Counted from the stretch's first letter, positions 1-10,676 are shown. The stretch is 64,000 nucleotides of DNA from Candidatus Hydrogenedentota bacterium (GCA_046583315.1 JAYGCN010000034.1:1-64000), one strand, 5' to 3'. Numbers and translations: made by a program. Notes: generated by a model from the letters alone, not told the origin.

Positions 1-1185
1 AGCAGTTTTCACTTTCCTAATCAGTGCTCATCTGTGCAATCTGTGGACAAAATAGCAGCTTTCGGTTTCGCCCCCTGTGTTAACGGGACCACGAAACGGG
101 GTTCCTTCCCACAACGGCACACCTACACCGATCCCACTCGAAATTACGTGGTCACGGTAACGGCCTTTTATCCCAATGGACGACGAGACGTCGCGACGAT
201 CACGATCCCCTTCGTCGAACCCCGACTTCAGCCGGTCGCGCTCCCTCAAAACCTGAGGGTGTCCATTCCGGCAAAATCGCTCCCGGAGCATTCCACTCTC
301 TAGTCCTCACAGCCGGACCTGCACCCCTTTTCCGATGCCTACTTCACCAAAACACCCCGCGAGACCATCGAATATATACTGAGCGTCCCCGCAACCATTC
401 TGTTTAACCTTGTAAACCAGGATGTCGAACAACCCCATGGCCATTTTAGGCAAGTGGTGCTCCATTCACCGTCTATGGGAGACGCAGGGGCGTTGTGGTT
501 CCTGGACCCACCCACCGTTGCAGCCGGCGGCTCCATTATGGCCGAACCCGTTCAATATTCCTCGTTGTTTCATGAACTCGCACACAATATGACGCTGAAT
601 ACCCCTTCCGAGTGCATTTACGGAGGCAAAATTGATGGCCAGGCCAACACGATTTACTCGGAAACATTGGCGCAGATTTTTCAACACGTCACCGCATTCG
701 AAGTGATCCGCCGTTCCCGAGAATTCGGGATTCCCAGGGAACTCGCACTCGATATTGATCGCAATGCGCGAAATTCAATGGCGAACATCACGAACTCCTA
801 CAACCGTTACATCGTCAACGGAATGCCCTTCTCCACATGGAACGATGCCGCTACTCCCGAAGACGAATCGTTTGATACCTTTATGACGGTCGCGTACACA
901 TTTTTTCAGCTCACCGATCAGTTAAAGGTCGAAGCAACCATTCCTGTCCGGCGCATGATGTACTTGCTGCAGCACTTTGACGAGCAACTCAAGGGATTAT
1001 ACGACCAACAACACAACACGCCCAAGGCTTCAGCGTTCCGCTCAACATTGCTGATTGCCGCGATGTCCTATGCATTTCAAACCGATCTCCGAGAAAATTT
1101 TCGGGTCCTTAATTTCCCGATCAGCGATCCCGTTTACCGACTGCTCATGGCACGGGTACGCGACGCGACGAACCAACCTCAATGA
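1..1185 (+). pseudogene. Zn-metallopeptidase (HEXXH, gluzincin-like) with N-terminal PKD-like segment; one in-frame TAG at 301-303; 5' end outside window
   Basis: ORFs 34..303 and 454..1185 share a frame, and 304-453 is open (SSQPDLHPFSDAYFTKTPRETIEY...). Motifs FHELAHN and YSETLAQ; HTYTDP-x-YVVTVTA resembles a PKD strand. Confidence 0.55.
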
Positions 1186-1191
1186 TATGCT

Positions 1192-2778
1192 CTAGTGATC
1201 CGCATACTCTTCTCGAAGTGTTTCCAGCGTAATGTAGCGAACGCGTAATTCGCAGGGCGAATTTTCCGCCAACGACTTTGCCTTAAACATGTAATCATGT
1301 CCCGGCTCGAATACGAATTCGCGTTGGTAATAAGGAGGATCCTCAAAGAAACTGGTGCGGGGATACGAATCCCCGTCGCGATACACGTCAACGCGCGTAT
1401 TGGGCCGCGTGATTCCCTGCGGAAAATCCCAACCCACGACCAAAAAGCGCTCCTTCGCCCTAACCTGCAACGATTCATCGTCAGCACCAAGTGAATGCCA
1501 CTCCAATTCCTTGAACCGATAACCTGCAGGAATGCCGTTTTTGATCGCCGCATCCAGTCGGTCAAATAACAAGTTCTTGTTTTGCGTCCTACTGGTCCGC
1601 GAACGCGCATTCGCCGTCAATGCCTCTTGCCTTCCTTCAATGTATTTCTGCTGCCCCGCGATTTTTCGCCCCTGAAGCTCAAGTGCGGAAATTTGTGCAC
1701 TGTATTCGTTACGTCGCGCCTGTTCCTGTGCGGATATCCTTAAAGCCTCATTGGAAACCTGGGGCCGGCGACCGGAACTTGTGGTGTTTAGTATCACATC
1801 GTAGTTTCCCCTGGTGCTAACCATAATGGTTCTAGACGGTCCTCTAATGATTCTAGAGTTTCCGGTCGAGTAGTTCTGGGCAGGGGGCTTCACTCGGGAA
1901 ATTCGGTCGCGCTCAGACTGATAAGATTTCGTGATGTTCTCCGAATTCAATCGCACGTCGTCGTCCAACTGACGCTGCCTGTCGGACAGTTTGGTTCTAC
2001 TATTCGATAACTGCGACACCGCACTATCGGTCCTGGAGCTACGCTCAGCAAACACACGGTTTGTGTTGTTGCGGTAATTCGCGCGTGTCTCTGAGGTCAA
2101 CTCAGACCATCGTTCAGCCATGGCGTCGAATCTGAGCGCGTCGACGATTTCTCGATATGGAATCGCCGCATGTCCCGGTATCACCAGACGCCGATCATTG
2201 AGGGTCGATTTCCGCTCCTGGTTTTTCTTCGACCCTTCTGCTCGAGCAAGCTTATTACTCCCCCTTCTCCACAACCCCAGACCCGCTTCTTCTGCTTCTT
2301 TCTCAAGAGCTTGATACGCAGCATCATCAGGTGCCAGAAACCGATCCCACGGGATGACCCCCGCAGCAATCATTTCCGCAGCGACATCGTGAGGCGCATA
2401 GAAACGAGCATAACTGAGGCCGCCGAATTCTCGTTCGATTCGAAACCGAAGCGTGGTCGATTTGACCTGTTCCTTGAGAAAATCACGGGCAATTTTTCTT
2501 TCAGACACCGAAAGCCCCGTAACATCAACGCCGTAGAGCATGATGTTTTGCGTCACGCCATCAACTTCGAGCGACAGACAACCCGAAGCGACCACTGACC
2601 TGAACGTACATGGTGAGGTGTCCGGCACCATCTCAGGCAAAATTGATTCCGCCTCCACTACCGGCTCCGCACAGTACACCGTCGGCGACGACAAACAGCA
2701 TAGAAACGTCGCCAAAACAAAATACAAGGTATGCCCAACGATACTGGATCGGAATTCCTTCATGGCCTTCTCCACCAT
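1192..2778 (-). CDS. Exported thermonuclease (SNase)-fold protein with long coiled-coil and C-terminal extension
   Basis: N-terminal hydrophobic signal; LYGVD...ARDFLK...EMIAAG...YQALEKEAEEAGLGLW follows the SNase pattern; helical Q/R/S-rich middle. Confidence 0.6.
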   Translation of the reverse strand: MVEKAMKEFRSSIVGHTLYFVLATFLCCLSSPTVYCAEPVVEAESILPEMVPDTSPCTFRSVVASGCLSLEVDGVTQNIMLYGVDVTGLSVSERKIARDFLKEQVKSTTLRFRIEREFGGLSYARFYAPHDVAAEMIAAGVIPWDRFLAPDDAAYQALEKEAEEAGLGLWRRGSNKLARAEGSKKNQERKSTLNDRRLVIPGHAAIPYREIVDALRFDAMAERWSELTSETRANYRNNTNRVFAERSSRTDSAVSQLSNSRTKLSDRQRQLDDDVRLNSENITKSYQSERDRISRVKPPAQNYSTGNSRIIRGPSRTIMVSTRGNYDVILNTTSSGRRPQVSNEALRISAQEQARRNEYSAQISALELQGRKIAGQQKYIEGRQEALTANARSRTSRTQNKNLLFDRLDAAIKNGIPAGYRFKELEWHSLGADDESLQVRAKERFLVVGWDFPQGITRPNTRVDVYRDGDSYPRTSFFEDPPYYQREFVFEPGHDYMFKAKSLAENSPCELRVRYITLETLREEYADH

Positions 2779-2901
2779 TCAACTACACTTCACAGTATCA
2801 CACTATCGCGCAGATCTGGGTATTTTTGACATTAAGGATACAGAGAATTTTTCACCTCTCGGATAAGCAATGAAAGCCGCTATCCGATGAGGAGAAAACG
2901 A

Positions 2902-3475
2902 CTATAACCGTCTCATTCGCACGATATTCCCTCCCCATTTTCGCCCCCCGACATGCTGAAGTTCATTCATCAATTCCGTGTAAACTTCCGCCTCACCAAC
3001 CGAGCGTGCCAGCAATGCTTTAGCCAATTTATACATCAACACCTCATCACAATAGCTTGGATGCGCCCCTAACCGATCATACATGTCGTACTCTGAATTG
3101 ATCGTGGCAAAATAAGGAAGTACCACCTCCCCCACGATCCGAATGAGCTCTTCCGAGACAATCGTCGTGCACGACCACCATGTGTCCTTGCCATCCATGA
3201 GGTCCCCAAATTCGATAGCGAAGCTGAGCGAAGGGTTCCTCGTAGAATGGGGGCGCGGGACGTTCCCACTGAAGCGTGTATATCTCAGGGCTTAGAATAC
3301 CCAGATTGAGCGTGAATTCGATTTGATCATCGCTTGGCGCGGGTCGCGATTGGACTTCCAAAACATCAACCAATCGCGCTCGCGATCGATTCCAGACCAC
3401 GCCATGGCGCGCAAAACTCGCCTCTTGTAACACTGATCCAATAGCGCGCCCAACACACCTTTCAATTTCGTCCAT
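2902..3475 (-). pseudogene. DUF4304-like immunity protein, frameshifted near 3210
   Basis: Removing one T from cga-att-tgg-gga joins ORFs 3077..3475 and 2902..3198 as ...QLRYRIGDLMDGKDTWW...; FTLNLGI motif; GAGGGG RBS before ATG 3475. Confidence 0.6.
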
Positions 3476-3479
3476 TCCA

Positions 3480-3800
3480 TTTCCCCCTCACTAAATTCGA
3501 CTGGCGGTTCATAATACAAGATCTGTACGGCCTGTCCCGTCACTGCTTCGTATCGCGCCTTCTGACGTTTCCCCGCCGCACGCCCCGAAGGCGAATTCGG
3601 TTTCAATTCAAGTATCGTCCCGTTCGCCGTTACCGCATCGGGCACGTGCCTAGCGCCGTACTGATCCACGAACACGGGGTTCGATTTCCACCCCTCGCCC
3701 TGTTCCTTGACGTAGTTCCCAAGTGCCGCGTGCATGCGTTGTTCATACACCCGTGATTGCGCAAAACGGTCGTCTTCTGTCACGCCGTGTTCAAGCCCGC
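3480..3800 (-). pseudogene. Orphan polymorphic-toxin C-terminal nuclease domain (PD-(D/E)xK, Tox-REase-9-like)
   Basis: QRMHAA...HVPDAVTANGTILELKPNSPSGRAAGKRQKARYE within ORF 3292..3906; no convincing start; ORF runs into the downstream immunity gene. Confidence 0.6.
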
Positions 3801-4073
3801 CATAGGGTTTTACTGCTTCGCGGCAAACCCCGCAGGCTGAACACAGGACAACCGCCTCGGCACTTTCGTAGGGGGCACTGCTCACGAAGTTCCCGATACG
3901 TTGCACCGATAAGGAGGATACAGATCCACATCCGTAGCACTATGTTCGTCACTCCAGACCAATCAATACACCCCGTATATCCAGCCCCTATTCGAAGATT
4001 TACTGTACTAGTCTTACATATAATACACTGATCGATGGAGACGTTTCAAATGAATCGGGATACGGTTATGGTG

Positions 4074-4111
4074 AAACAAAAAAGGCCCTCCCGTAATCCT
4101 GGGAGGGCCTT
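4074..4111 (-). terminator. Rho-independent terminator of hppA
   Basis: AAGGCCCTCCC-gtaatcct-GGGAGGGCCTT 11-bp stem followed on the minus strand by TTTTGTTT. Confidence 0.85.
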
Positions 4112-4134
4112 GATGACCTAGTCTGTTGTTGCGC

Positions 4135-6180
4135 TTAGAACAGCGGTGCAAGCACGAGTGCGATAACGCACATGAGTTTGATGAGTATATTGATGGATGG
4201 GCCAACAGTATCTTTCAACGGGTCACCCACGGTATCACCCACGACAGCCGCTTTATGCGCTTCGGAGTTTTTACCGCCGTAGTTGCCGTCTTCGATAAAT
4301 TTCTTGGCATTATCCATCGCGCCACCGGAGTTTGCTGTCTGAATACCGAGCATGACACCAGAAATGATGGCACCGACGAGCATACCGGCGAGTCCTGCAC
4401 CACCGAGGATGAATCCAGCAGTGATGGGGAATGTAACCGCGAGTACCCCGGGAAGCATCATGCCTTTGATGGCACCCTGTGTAGCGATATCCACGCACTT
4501 TTTGCTATCCGGCTCCACACCTTCTTTACCGTCACGCAGACCGGGAATGTCGCGGAACTGACGACGCACTTCTTCAATCATCATGTTCGCGCAATTACCC
4601 ACCGCCCGGAACAGCAAGGAGGAGAAGAGATAAGGAAGCATCCCCCCGACAAGCAATCCGGCCAGAATTTTTGGATCAAGCAGGCTCACGTCTGCGGGTT
4701 GAAGTCCGGCGCTGAACATGAATGCGCTGAGAAGACCGATAGCTGCGAAGGCCGCGGAACCAATCGCGAATCCCTTACCAATGGCTGCAGTGGTGTTACC
4801 CACAGCGTCGAGATTATCCGTAATTTCACGTACTTTCGGGTCAAGCTTCGCCATTTCAGCGATACCACCCGCGTTATCGGCGATGGGACCGTAGGAGTCC
4901 ACGGCAACAATCATACCGGTTGTTGCGAGCATACCGACAGCAGCAATCGCGATACCGTAGACACCGCAGAACTGGAAGGCGAGAACAACGGAGACGGCGA
5001 GAATCAATACCGGCATCGCAGTACTCTGCATGCCTACTGCCGTACCTTCGGTAATCGTAATCGCAGGTCCCTGTTCGCAACCCTTGGCGATTCGTTTCAC
5101 CGGAGCGAATTTTGTGGATGTGTAGTATTCGGATACCAACCCGATAAGCGAACCGGAAACGATACCCATGACGCATGCGGCGAAGGGGCCCCACCATTCG
5201 TAGGTGACGTCACCGAGCGTGAAAGGCATGCCCTGCGTTTTCGCGTAGATACCAGCACCGACGATCGTCAGTCCAGCACTCAGATACGTACCGTTCATCA
5301 GCGCACCTTGAGGATTCGCGCTTGCGAAAATCTTCACGTACATGATGCCAATGATAGAAGCGAAAATTCCGATGGAGGCGACGATGAAGGGGAAGGCGCG
5401 AAGGTAATCAGCGGCTTCAGGTCCGAGTGTCAAGGACGCTGCGGCAGCAATCGCGAGGCTGGCGATGATGGACTCAACATAGGACTCCAGCAAGTCAGCA
5501 CCCAGTCCAGCCACGTCACCCACATTGTCACCCACGTTATCCGCGATAACGGCAGGGTTACGGGGATCGTCTTCAGGGATACCGGCTTCAACTTTACCAA
5601 CCAAGTCAGCACCCATGTCCGCACCTTTGGTGAAGATACCACCACCGGAACGGGCAAACAGTGCAACAAGCGAAGCACCCATCGCGTAACCATTCACGAT
5701 TTCGGTGTCGCCTTCGAATACTCTGTAGACGATGGCCAGACCACCAAGAGCGATACCAACCACGGCCATGCCCATCACAGCACCACCGGAGATGGCCACG
5801 TCGAGCGCTTTGGTTACGCCGCCGGATTCAGCGGCTGCAGCCGTGCGGGAATTTGCCCGGGTGGCAATTTCCATACCCACGACACCGGCAACACAACTGG
5901 CAATGGCACCGGCAGCGAAGGCTACCGCAGTCCGCCAACTCAAGTTAACATCGTCAAATATGGTACCGATCGCGACAAGTGCTCCGGCAACGATAACGAC
6001 AAAGGTAAATATGTATGCATATTCACGTTTCAGGAAAGCGCGTGCACCTTCCTGAATCTTTACCGACAAATGTGCAGTCAACTCGTTGCCTTGCGGCTTG
6101 GAGAGGACATACCGTGCCAGGTAGGCCACGAAGGCCAGCGAAACCGCGCTGGCAATAAGTGAAATAATTAGAAAACCCAT
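4135..6180 (-). CDS. hppA: Membrane-integral K+-dependent cation (Na+ or H+)-translocating pyrophosphatase
   Basis: GGIFTKGADMGADLVGKVEAGIPEDDPRN, DNVGDNVGD, GNTTAA (Ala form, K+-dependent), GDTVGDPLKD. Confidence 0.95.
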   Translation of the reverse strand: MGFLIISLIASAVSLAFVAYLARYVLSKPQGNELTAHLSVKIQEGARAFLKREYAYIFTFVVIVAGALVAIGTIFDDVNLSWRTAVAFAAGAIASCVAGVVGMEIATRANSRTAAAAESGGVTKALDVAISGGAVMGMAVVGIALGGLAIVYRVFEGDTEIVNGYAMGASLVALFARSGGGIFTKGADMGADLVGKVEAGIPEDDPRNPAVIADNVGDNVGDVAGLGADLLESYVESIIASLAIAAAASLTLGPEAADYLRAFPFIVASIGIFASIIGIMYVKIFASANPQGALMNGTYLSAGLTIVGAGIYAKTQGMPFTLGDVTYEWWGPFAACVMGIVSGSLIGLVSEYYTSTKFAPVKRIAKGCEQGPAITITEGTAVGMQSTAMPVLILAVSVVLAFQFCGVYGIAIAAVGMLATTGMIVAVDSYGPIADNAGGIAEMAKLDPKVREITDNLDAVGNTTAAIGKGFAIGSAAFAAIGLLSAFMFSAGLQPADVSLLDPKILAGLLVGGMLPYLFSSLLFRAVGNCANMMIEEVRRQFRDIPGLRDGKEGVEPDSKKCVDIATQGAIKGMMLPGVLAVTFPITAGFILGGAGLAGMLVGAIISGVMLGIQTANSGGAMDNAKKFIEDGNYGGKNSEAHKAAVVGDTVGDPLKDTVGPSINILIKLMCVIALVLAPLF

Positions 6181-6275
6181 AACTGTTTTTGAACTCCTAT
6201 GCTTTCGTTAATTTTATCGTAATTTAGTATTCATTCATTGAAAGCAGTTATACGAACTGCTTAGCCCTGAAATTT

Positions 6276-6992
6276 CTAGTCTGTCGATTCCACACCCTCC
6301 TGAATCAAGGCCTCTCGCGCCGCAGCCTGTTCCGCTTCCTTTTTCGAACGTCCACGGCCCCTTCCCCCCGATTTACCGCGGAGACGAACCTCTACTTCAA
6401 ATTCCATATCATGCGCCGGTCCTTCTTCAGCAACCACAGCAAATTCCGGCAACGCGATTTTGTTTTGCTGACAATAATTTTGTAACTGCGAACGATAATC
6501 CAGTCGTCGTGCCGAAGTGATTACCGCGTCGATGTGTTCAGAAAAGCAACGTCCGACAAAAGCGCGCGTCGCTTCCCAGCCGGCATCCAAATAGACGGCG
6601 GCAATAATCGACTCAACGCAATCCGCAAGCAAGCCTTCACGTTCACGACCGCCCGCGGATTCTTCACCTCGACCCAGACGGATCAAAGGACCAATATTCA
6701 ACTGTCTTGCTATCTCTGCGAGCGACGCTTTGTCAACGATTCGGGCACGCCATTGCGTGTATTCACCCGGCGTCCCCTCCGGCAATCTGGCCAGAAGTGT
6801 CTCAGAAACCGCTAATTCTAATGCAGCGTCCCCCAAGAATTCCAGCGTTTCGTAATGATTTCGATTGTCCGGCTCGTCATTGGTTATCGAAGCATGGGTC
6901 AATGCCCGGTCTAGAAGTGTCCAATTCTGGAAAGAAAGGCCTGATTTAGCAGCAAATTCGCGAAGACTCAGCCCACGAGCCTCATTATCCAT
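6276..6992 (-). CDS. rnc: Ribonuclease III
   Basis: ALTHAS, ETLEFLGDA signature, C-terminal dsRBD (GRSKKEAEQAAA). Confidence 0.95.
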   Translation of the reverse strand: MDNEARGLSLREFAAKSGLSFQNWTLLDRALTHASITNDEPDNRNHYETLEFLGDAALELAVSETLLARLPEGTPGEYTQWRARIVDKASLAEIARQLNIGPLIRLGRGEESAGGREREGLLADCVESIIAAVYLDAGWEATRAFVGRCFSEHIDAVITSARRLDYRSQLQNYCQQNKIALPEFAVVAEEGPAHDMEFEVEVRLRGKSGGRGRGRSKKEAEQAAAREALIQEGVESTD

Positions 6993-8229
6993 GGTACTTT
7001 TTCACGATCAAGGTTGCATTATGACCGCCGAACCCCAATGAATTGGACATCGCGATTTCCACCGCCGATTCCCGGGCTTCGTTGGCAACCAAATTCACCA
7101 TGCACTCTGGATCAGGCGTTTCATAATTGATGGTCGGTGGAATGATGCTGTCCCGAATCGACAATACACAGGAGATGCCCTCAATCGCACTTGCCGCACC
7201 CAAGAGATGCCCTGTCATCGATTTTGTCGACGTGACCAACGGCATTTCCTCGCCAAAGACGGTGTTGAGGGCTTTCGTTTCGCCGGGTTCATTCAGCTGT
7301 GTCGAGGTGCCGTGCGCGTTAAAGTAGGTGACATCGCCAGCGTCAATTCTTGATTCATCGAGCGCACTTTGCATCGCTTTTGCGCCACCCGAACCGTCCG
7401 CCAACGGCGCAGTCATGTGAAAGGCATCGCAGGATTCACCGAGTGCGCCGACTTCGGCAATGATGTTGGCGCCGCGGGCTTTTGCATGGGTTTCCGATTC
7501 CAGGATCAATATACCGGCACCCTCAGCCATCACAAAACCGTTTCGGTCTGCATCAAAAGGACGACTCGCCCGCTCGGGTTCATCGTTGCGATTGGAGGTC
7601 GCGCGCATCGCCGCGAATCCACCAATTCCGACTCCGCATATGGCTGCTTCGGCTCCACCGGCGACAACAACGTCGGCACGACCAAGACGAATAATGTCCG
7701 CGCCTTCACCGATGCAATGATTGGAAGAGGCACACGCGCTCACGATACATTTATTCGGCCCGCGCAATCGCAATCGAATGGCTACGTTTCCCGAACCGAG
7801 ATTGGCGACACCTTTGGGAATCATCAAGGGGGAAATCCGGCGAGGTCCGCCTTCATGCAATCGAATAACTTCGTGCTGAATCGTCGTAATCCCGCCAATG
7901 CCGCTACCAATGATGCAGCCGCATCGATCCCGGTCCAATTTGTCGCCCATCGACTCCAGCCCTGAATCGCGCCACGCCTGATCGGCTGCTTCGATCGCGT
8001 AGATGGAGTAGTCGTCTTGCCGACTCAGGTCTTTCGTGGAGAATCCTTCAGGAACGATTTCGCCCACTTCGCCCGCAATTCGAGTTTTGAAATCAGTGGC
8101 ATCAAAGTTCGTGATCGGGCCAATGCCCGACCGTCCATTGCACAAGGAATCCCAAAACGCGTCGACAGTGTTGCCAACCGGCGAAACAACACCCATCCCG
8201 GTGATTACGACTTTTGTATCCATAAACAC
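6985..8229 (-). CDS. fabF: 3-oxoacyl-ACP synthase II
   Basis: VVITGMG, SACAS catalytic Cys, NAHGTST, KSMTGHLLGA, SNSLGFGGHN. Confidence 0.95.
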   Translation of the reverse strand: MFMDTKVVITGMGVVSPVGNTVDAFWDSLCNGRSGIGPITNFDATDFKTRIAGEVGEIVPEGFSTKDLSRQDDYSIYAIEAADQAWRDSGLESMGDKLDRDRCGCIIGSGIGGITTIQHEVIRLHEGGPRRISPLMIPKGVANLGSGNVAIRLRLRGPNKCIVSACASSNHCIGEGADIIRLGRADVVVAGGAEAAICGVGIGGFAAMRATSNRNDEPERASRPFDADRNGFVMAEGAGILILESETHAKARGANIIAEVGALGESCDAFHMTAPLADGSGGAKAMQSALDESRIDAGDVTYFNAHGTSTQLNEPGETKALNTVFGEEMPLVTSTKSMTGHLLGAASAIEGISCVLSIRDSIIPPTINYETPDPECMVNLVANEARESAVEIAMSNSLGFGGHNATLIVKKYHG

Positions 8230-8286
8230 GTCAAATAGATTCCAAAGTTACGACCATGTCAGAAGAAAAGCGGGCTATTGAAAATT

Positions 8287-8318
8287 TCCCCGGTTCAGCT
8301 GTCGGGCCAAACCGGGGA
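8287..8318 (-). terminator. Hairpin between acpP and fabF (partial terminator or mRNA stabiliser)
   Basis: TCCCCGGTT...AACCGGGGA inverted repeat with a short T-run downstream on the minus strand. Confidence 0.4.
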
Positions 8319-8359
8319 GAAATCTATAGTGAAGCGCACAGAGTGCGCTAACGATTAAT

Positions 8360-8599
8360 TTAGGAAACTTTACTTGAGATATAGTTCACCGCATCTCCAA
8401 CGGTCTCAATGGAATTCGCTTCATCGTCGATATCAATATTGAATTCTTCTTCAAGAGCCATCAGCAATTCCGTCACATCCAGGGAATCAGCACCCAAATC
8501 ATCAATGAATCGCGCTTCCAGTGTCACTTCTTCTTCAGTTTTTGAAAGTCGCTCGACAATTACTTTCTTTACAGATTCTTCTACATTAGCCATATGCAT
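8360..8599 (-). CDS. acpP: Acyl carrier protein
   Basis: DLGADSLD phosphopantetheine motif; upstream of fabF. Confidence 0.95.
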   Translation of the reverse strand: MHMANVEESVKKVIVERLSKTEEEVTLEARFIDDLGADSLDVTELLMALEEEFNIDIDDEANSIETVGDAVNYISSKVS

Positions 8600-8665
8600 C
8601 CATCTCCTTCTTAGAATTTCATGAAACCACCCCGGACACCATCGTCTGGTCGTCCATGCGACGGA

Positions 8666-8694
8666 ATTATAGCAAGCCCGAACAGGGAATCCAA
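8666..8694 (-). promoter_or_regulatory. Sigma70-type promoter for acpP-fabF-rnc
   Basis: Minus strand TTGGAT-17 bp-TATAAT with TGn extension. Confidence 0.6.
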
Positions 8695-8791
8695 GCTGTT
8701 TGGCACTGGTCGTTTACGCCAAATCTTGATGACTCCCCGGTCAACACAATCTGCCTCCAGAGCAATATCCCCCAAACGAAGCAATAGTTCC

Positions 8792-10606
8792 CTAACGGGA
8801 GCGACCACCCTCAGCACCCGGCCCATCCGCCGTAGCAGGAACCAGTGGCGGCAGGGCTTCCGGCAACACCCCATGCGCCTTCTTCCACATCAGAAAGCCT
8901 TCTACCAGCATCCAGAACTGGATCAATTCGATCAGCAGGCCAACGCCCACCAGCAGCCAGTTCTCTGCCCTAACCCACCCAGCGATATTCATCCACATCG
9001 CTACGGCAGGCAAAATCACCATCAACACCCCGGGAATCACGAGAAAAGCAATCGGTTTTGAATGACGAATTAAATAGAAGGCGATCACCATGAAGGCCAA
9101 GCCCGCGAGCAACTGATTCACCGCACCGAACAATGGCCAAAGTATCAACCCCCCCGACCCCGGACCCGCTGGCCCGGGAATCAGCGCCACAGCCAGCCCG
9201 ACCACGACGGCGGTTGTCGTCGCAACATGCACATTTTTCAGTGGCTCGAAATTGAGCGCGCCACCCATTTCCTGAATCACGTATCGCTGCAAACGCGTCG
9301 CCGTGTCCAAGGTTGTCATCGCAAAACACGCGACCATCACTGCCACCACACCGATGCTCAATTCCAGACTCAGACCCAACGCGCTGATCATGTTAGCACC
9401 ACCCACAATAAACGCGCCCACTTTCGCACCGAGTCCCATCGCCGCCCAGGATTCGCCGTACACATGTTGCCACGCCGCCGAACCCGTCAACATCGTACCG
9501 GTTGTCGCGTCCGTAATGCCCATGCCTAGTCCTGCACAACACGCAAGGATAACGATGACCGCCAGTGCGCCTTCGAGCAACATAGCACCGTACCCCACAT
9601 ACTGCGCGTCGGCTTCCGTCTCAAGTTGCTTCGAGGAGGTGCCTGAAGATACCAGGCAGTGAAATCCCGATACGGCCCCGCACGCGATGGTTATGAACAG
9701 GAACGGAAAAATCGGAGGCGCGTCACTCGGCGGATTCATGTTGATGGCGGGCGCCGCGAATTCGGGGTGTGCAACCAGGAGACCAAGGCATAACAAAACG
9801 AGAGCGACGACCAACTGATGCGAATTGATAAAGTCACGGGGTTGCAACAATACGCCCACTGGCAACACGCTGGCGATATAACAGTAGACGAACAATATCG
9901 CGGTCCAGATCACGACAGGAGACGCCAGTTTGTCGAAGTACGTTTCTGCATTCTCCGGGCTCGGAATCGAGAATTGCAGGGCTTCGTAGGTAACGCCAAG
10001 ATACACACAGACGTACAACAGCGCCAAGGCGATCAGCGATGGGACGAGTAAACCCCCTTTCCCGCGCTTCATATAAACCCCAAGCAACAACGCCAGCGGC
10101 ATCGCCACCCACACCGAAAGTACACTTTCTGGATACAGCGAAAAAATTGTTGCAATCACCAGACCGAACACCGCCAGCACTATCGATAGCGCCATAAATA
10201 AAATGACCAGAAACAAAACGCGGGCGCGATGCGAAATCATCCGGGCAGCCACTTCGCCTATAGTCTGCCCCCTCGAACGCATCGAAATAATCAGCGCACC
10301 GAAATCATGCACGGCCCCCACAAATATTGATCCCAGCACCACCCACAACAAGGCCGGCAACCATCCCCAAAACACCGCAATCGCAGGCCCCACAATCGGA
10401 CCCGTTCCGGCTATGGATGTAAAGTGATGCCCAAACACCACCGAACGTTTCGTCGGCACATAATCGACACCATCCTCCAACTCATGCGATGGCGTCAGCG
10501 CTTCCGGATCCAGATTGAATATCTTGCGTGCCAGGTACCGCCCGTAAGTGTTGTACGCCAAAATAAACGCGAAAAATGAGGCTATTGCCACGAATATGGT
10601 CATCAT
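8792..10606 (-). CDS. cstA: Carbon starvation CstA-family transporter
   Basis: TPSH-EDGVDYVP, GHHFTSIAGTGPIVGP, TIACGAVSGFH, TTLDTATRL; AGGAGAG RBS before ATG 10606. Confidence 0.92.
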   Translation of the reverse strand: MMTIFVAIASFFAFILAYNTYGRYLARKIFNLDPEALTPSHELEDGVDYVPTKRSVVFGHHFTSIAGTGPIVGPAIAVFWGWLPALLWVVLGSIFVGAVHDFGALIISMRSRGQTIGEVAARMISHRARVLFLVILFMALSIVLAVFGLVIATIFSLYPESVLSVWVAMPLALLLGVYMKRGKGGLLVPSLIALALLYVCVYLGVTYEALQFSIPSPENAETYFDKLASPVVIWTAILFVYCYIASVLPVGVLLQPRDFINSHQLVVALVLLCLGLLVAHPEFAAPAINMNPPSDAPPIFPFLFITIACGAVSGFHCLVSSGTSSKQLETEADAQYVGYGAMLLEGALAVIVILACCAGLGMGITDATTGTMLTGSAAWQHVYGESWAAMGLGAKVGAFIVGGANMISALGLSLELSIGVVAVMVACFAMTTLDTATRLQRYVIQEMGGALNFEPLKNVHVATTTAVVVGLAVALIPGPAGPGSGGLILWPLFGAVNQLLAGLAFMVIAFYLIRHSKPIAFLVIPGVLMVILPAVAMWMNIAGWVRAENWLLVGVGLLIELIQFWMLVEGFLMWKKAHGVLPEALPPLVPATADGPGAEGGRSR

Positions 10607-10676
10607 GTCTAAATTCTCTCCTTTCGTCCAAGCACGCTCTCCAGTATATACACAACCCAAACCCATTTTCACCGCC

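Noticed and set aside
301..303. Genome-wide TAG recoding
   Set aside because: TAG terminates conserved genes at their expected ends (rpmF, fabD, prpC, rnc)
4126..6162. 678-aa + strand ORF
   Set aside because: Antisense shadow of the clearly conserved hppA; no motifs of its own
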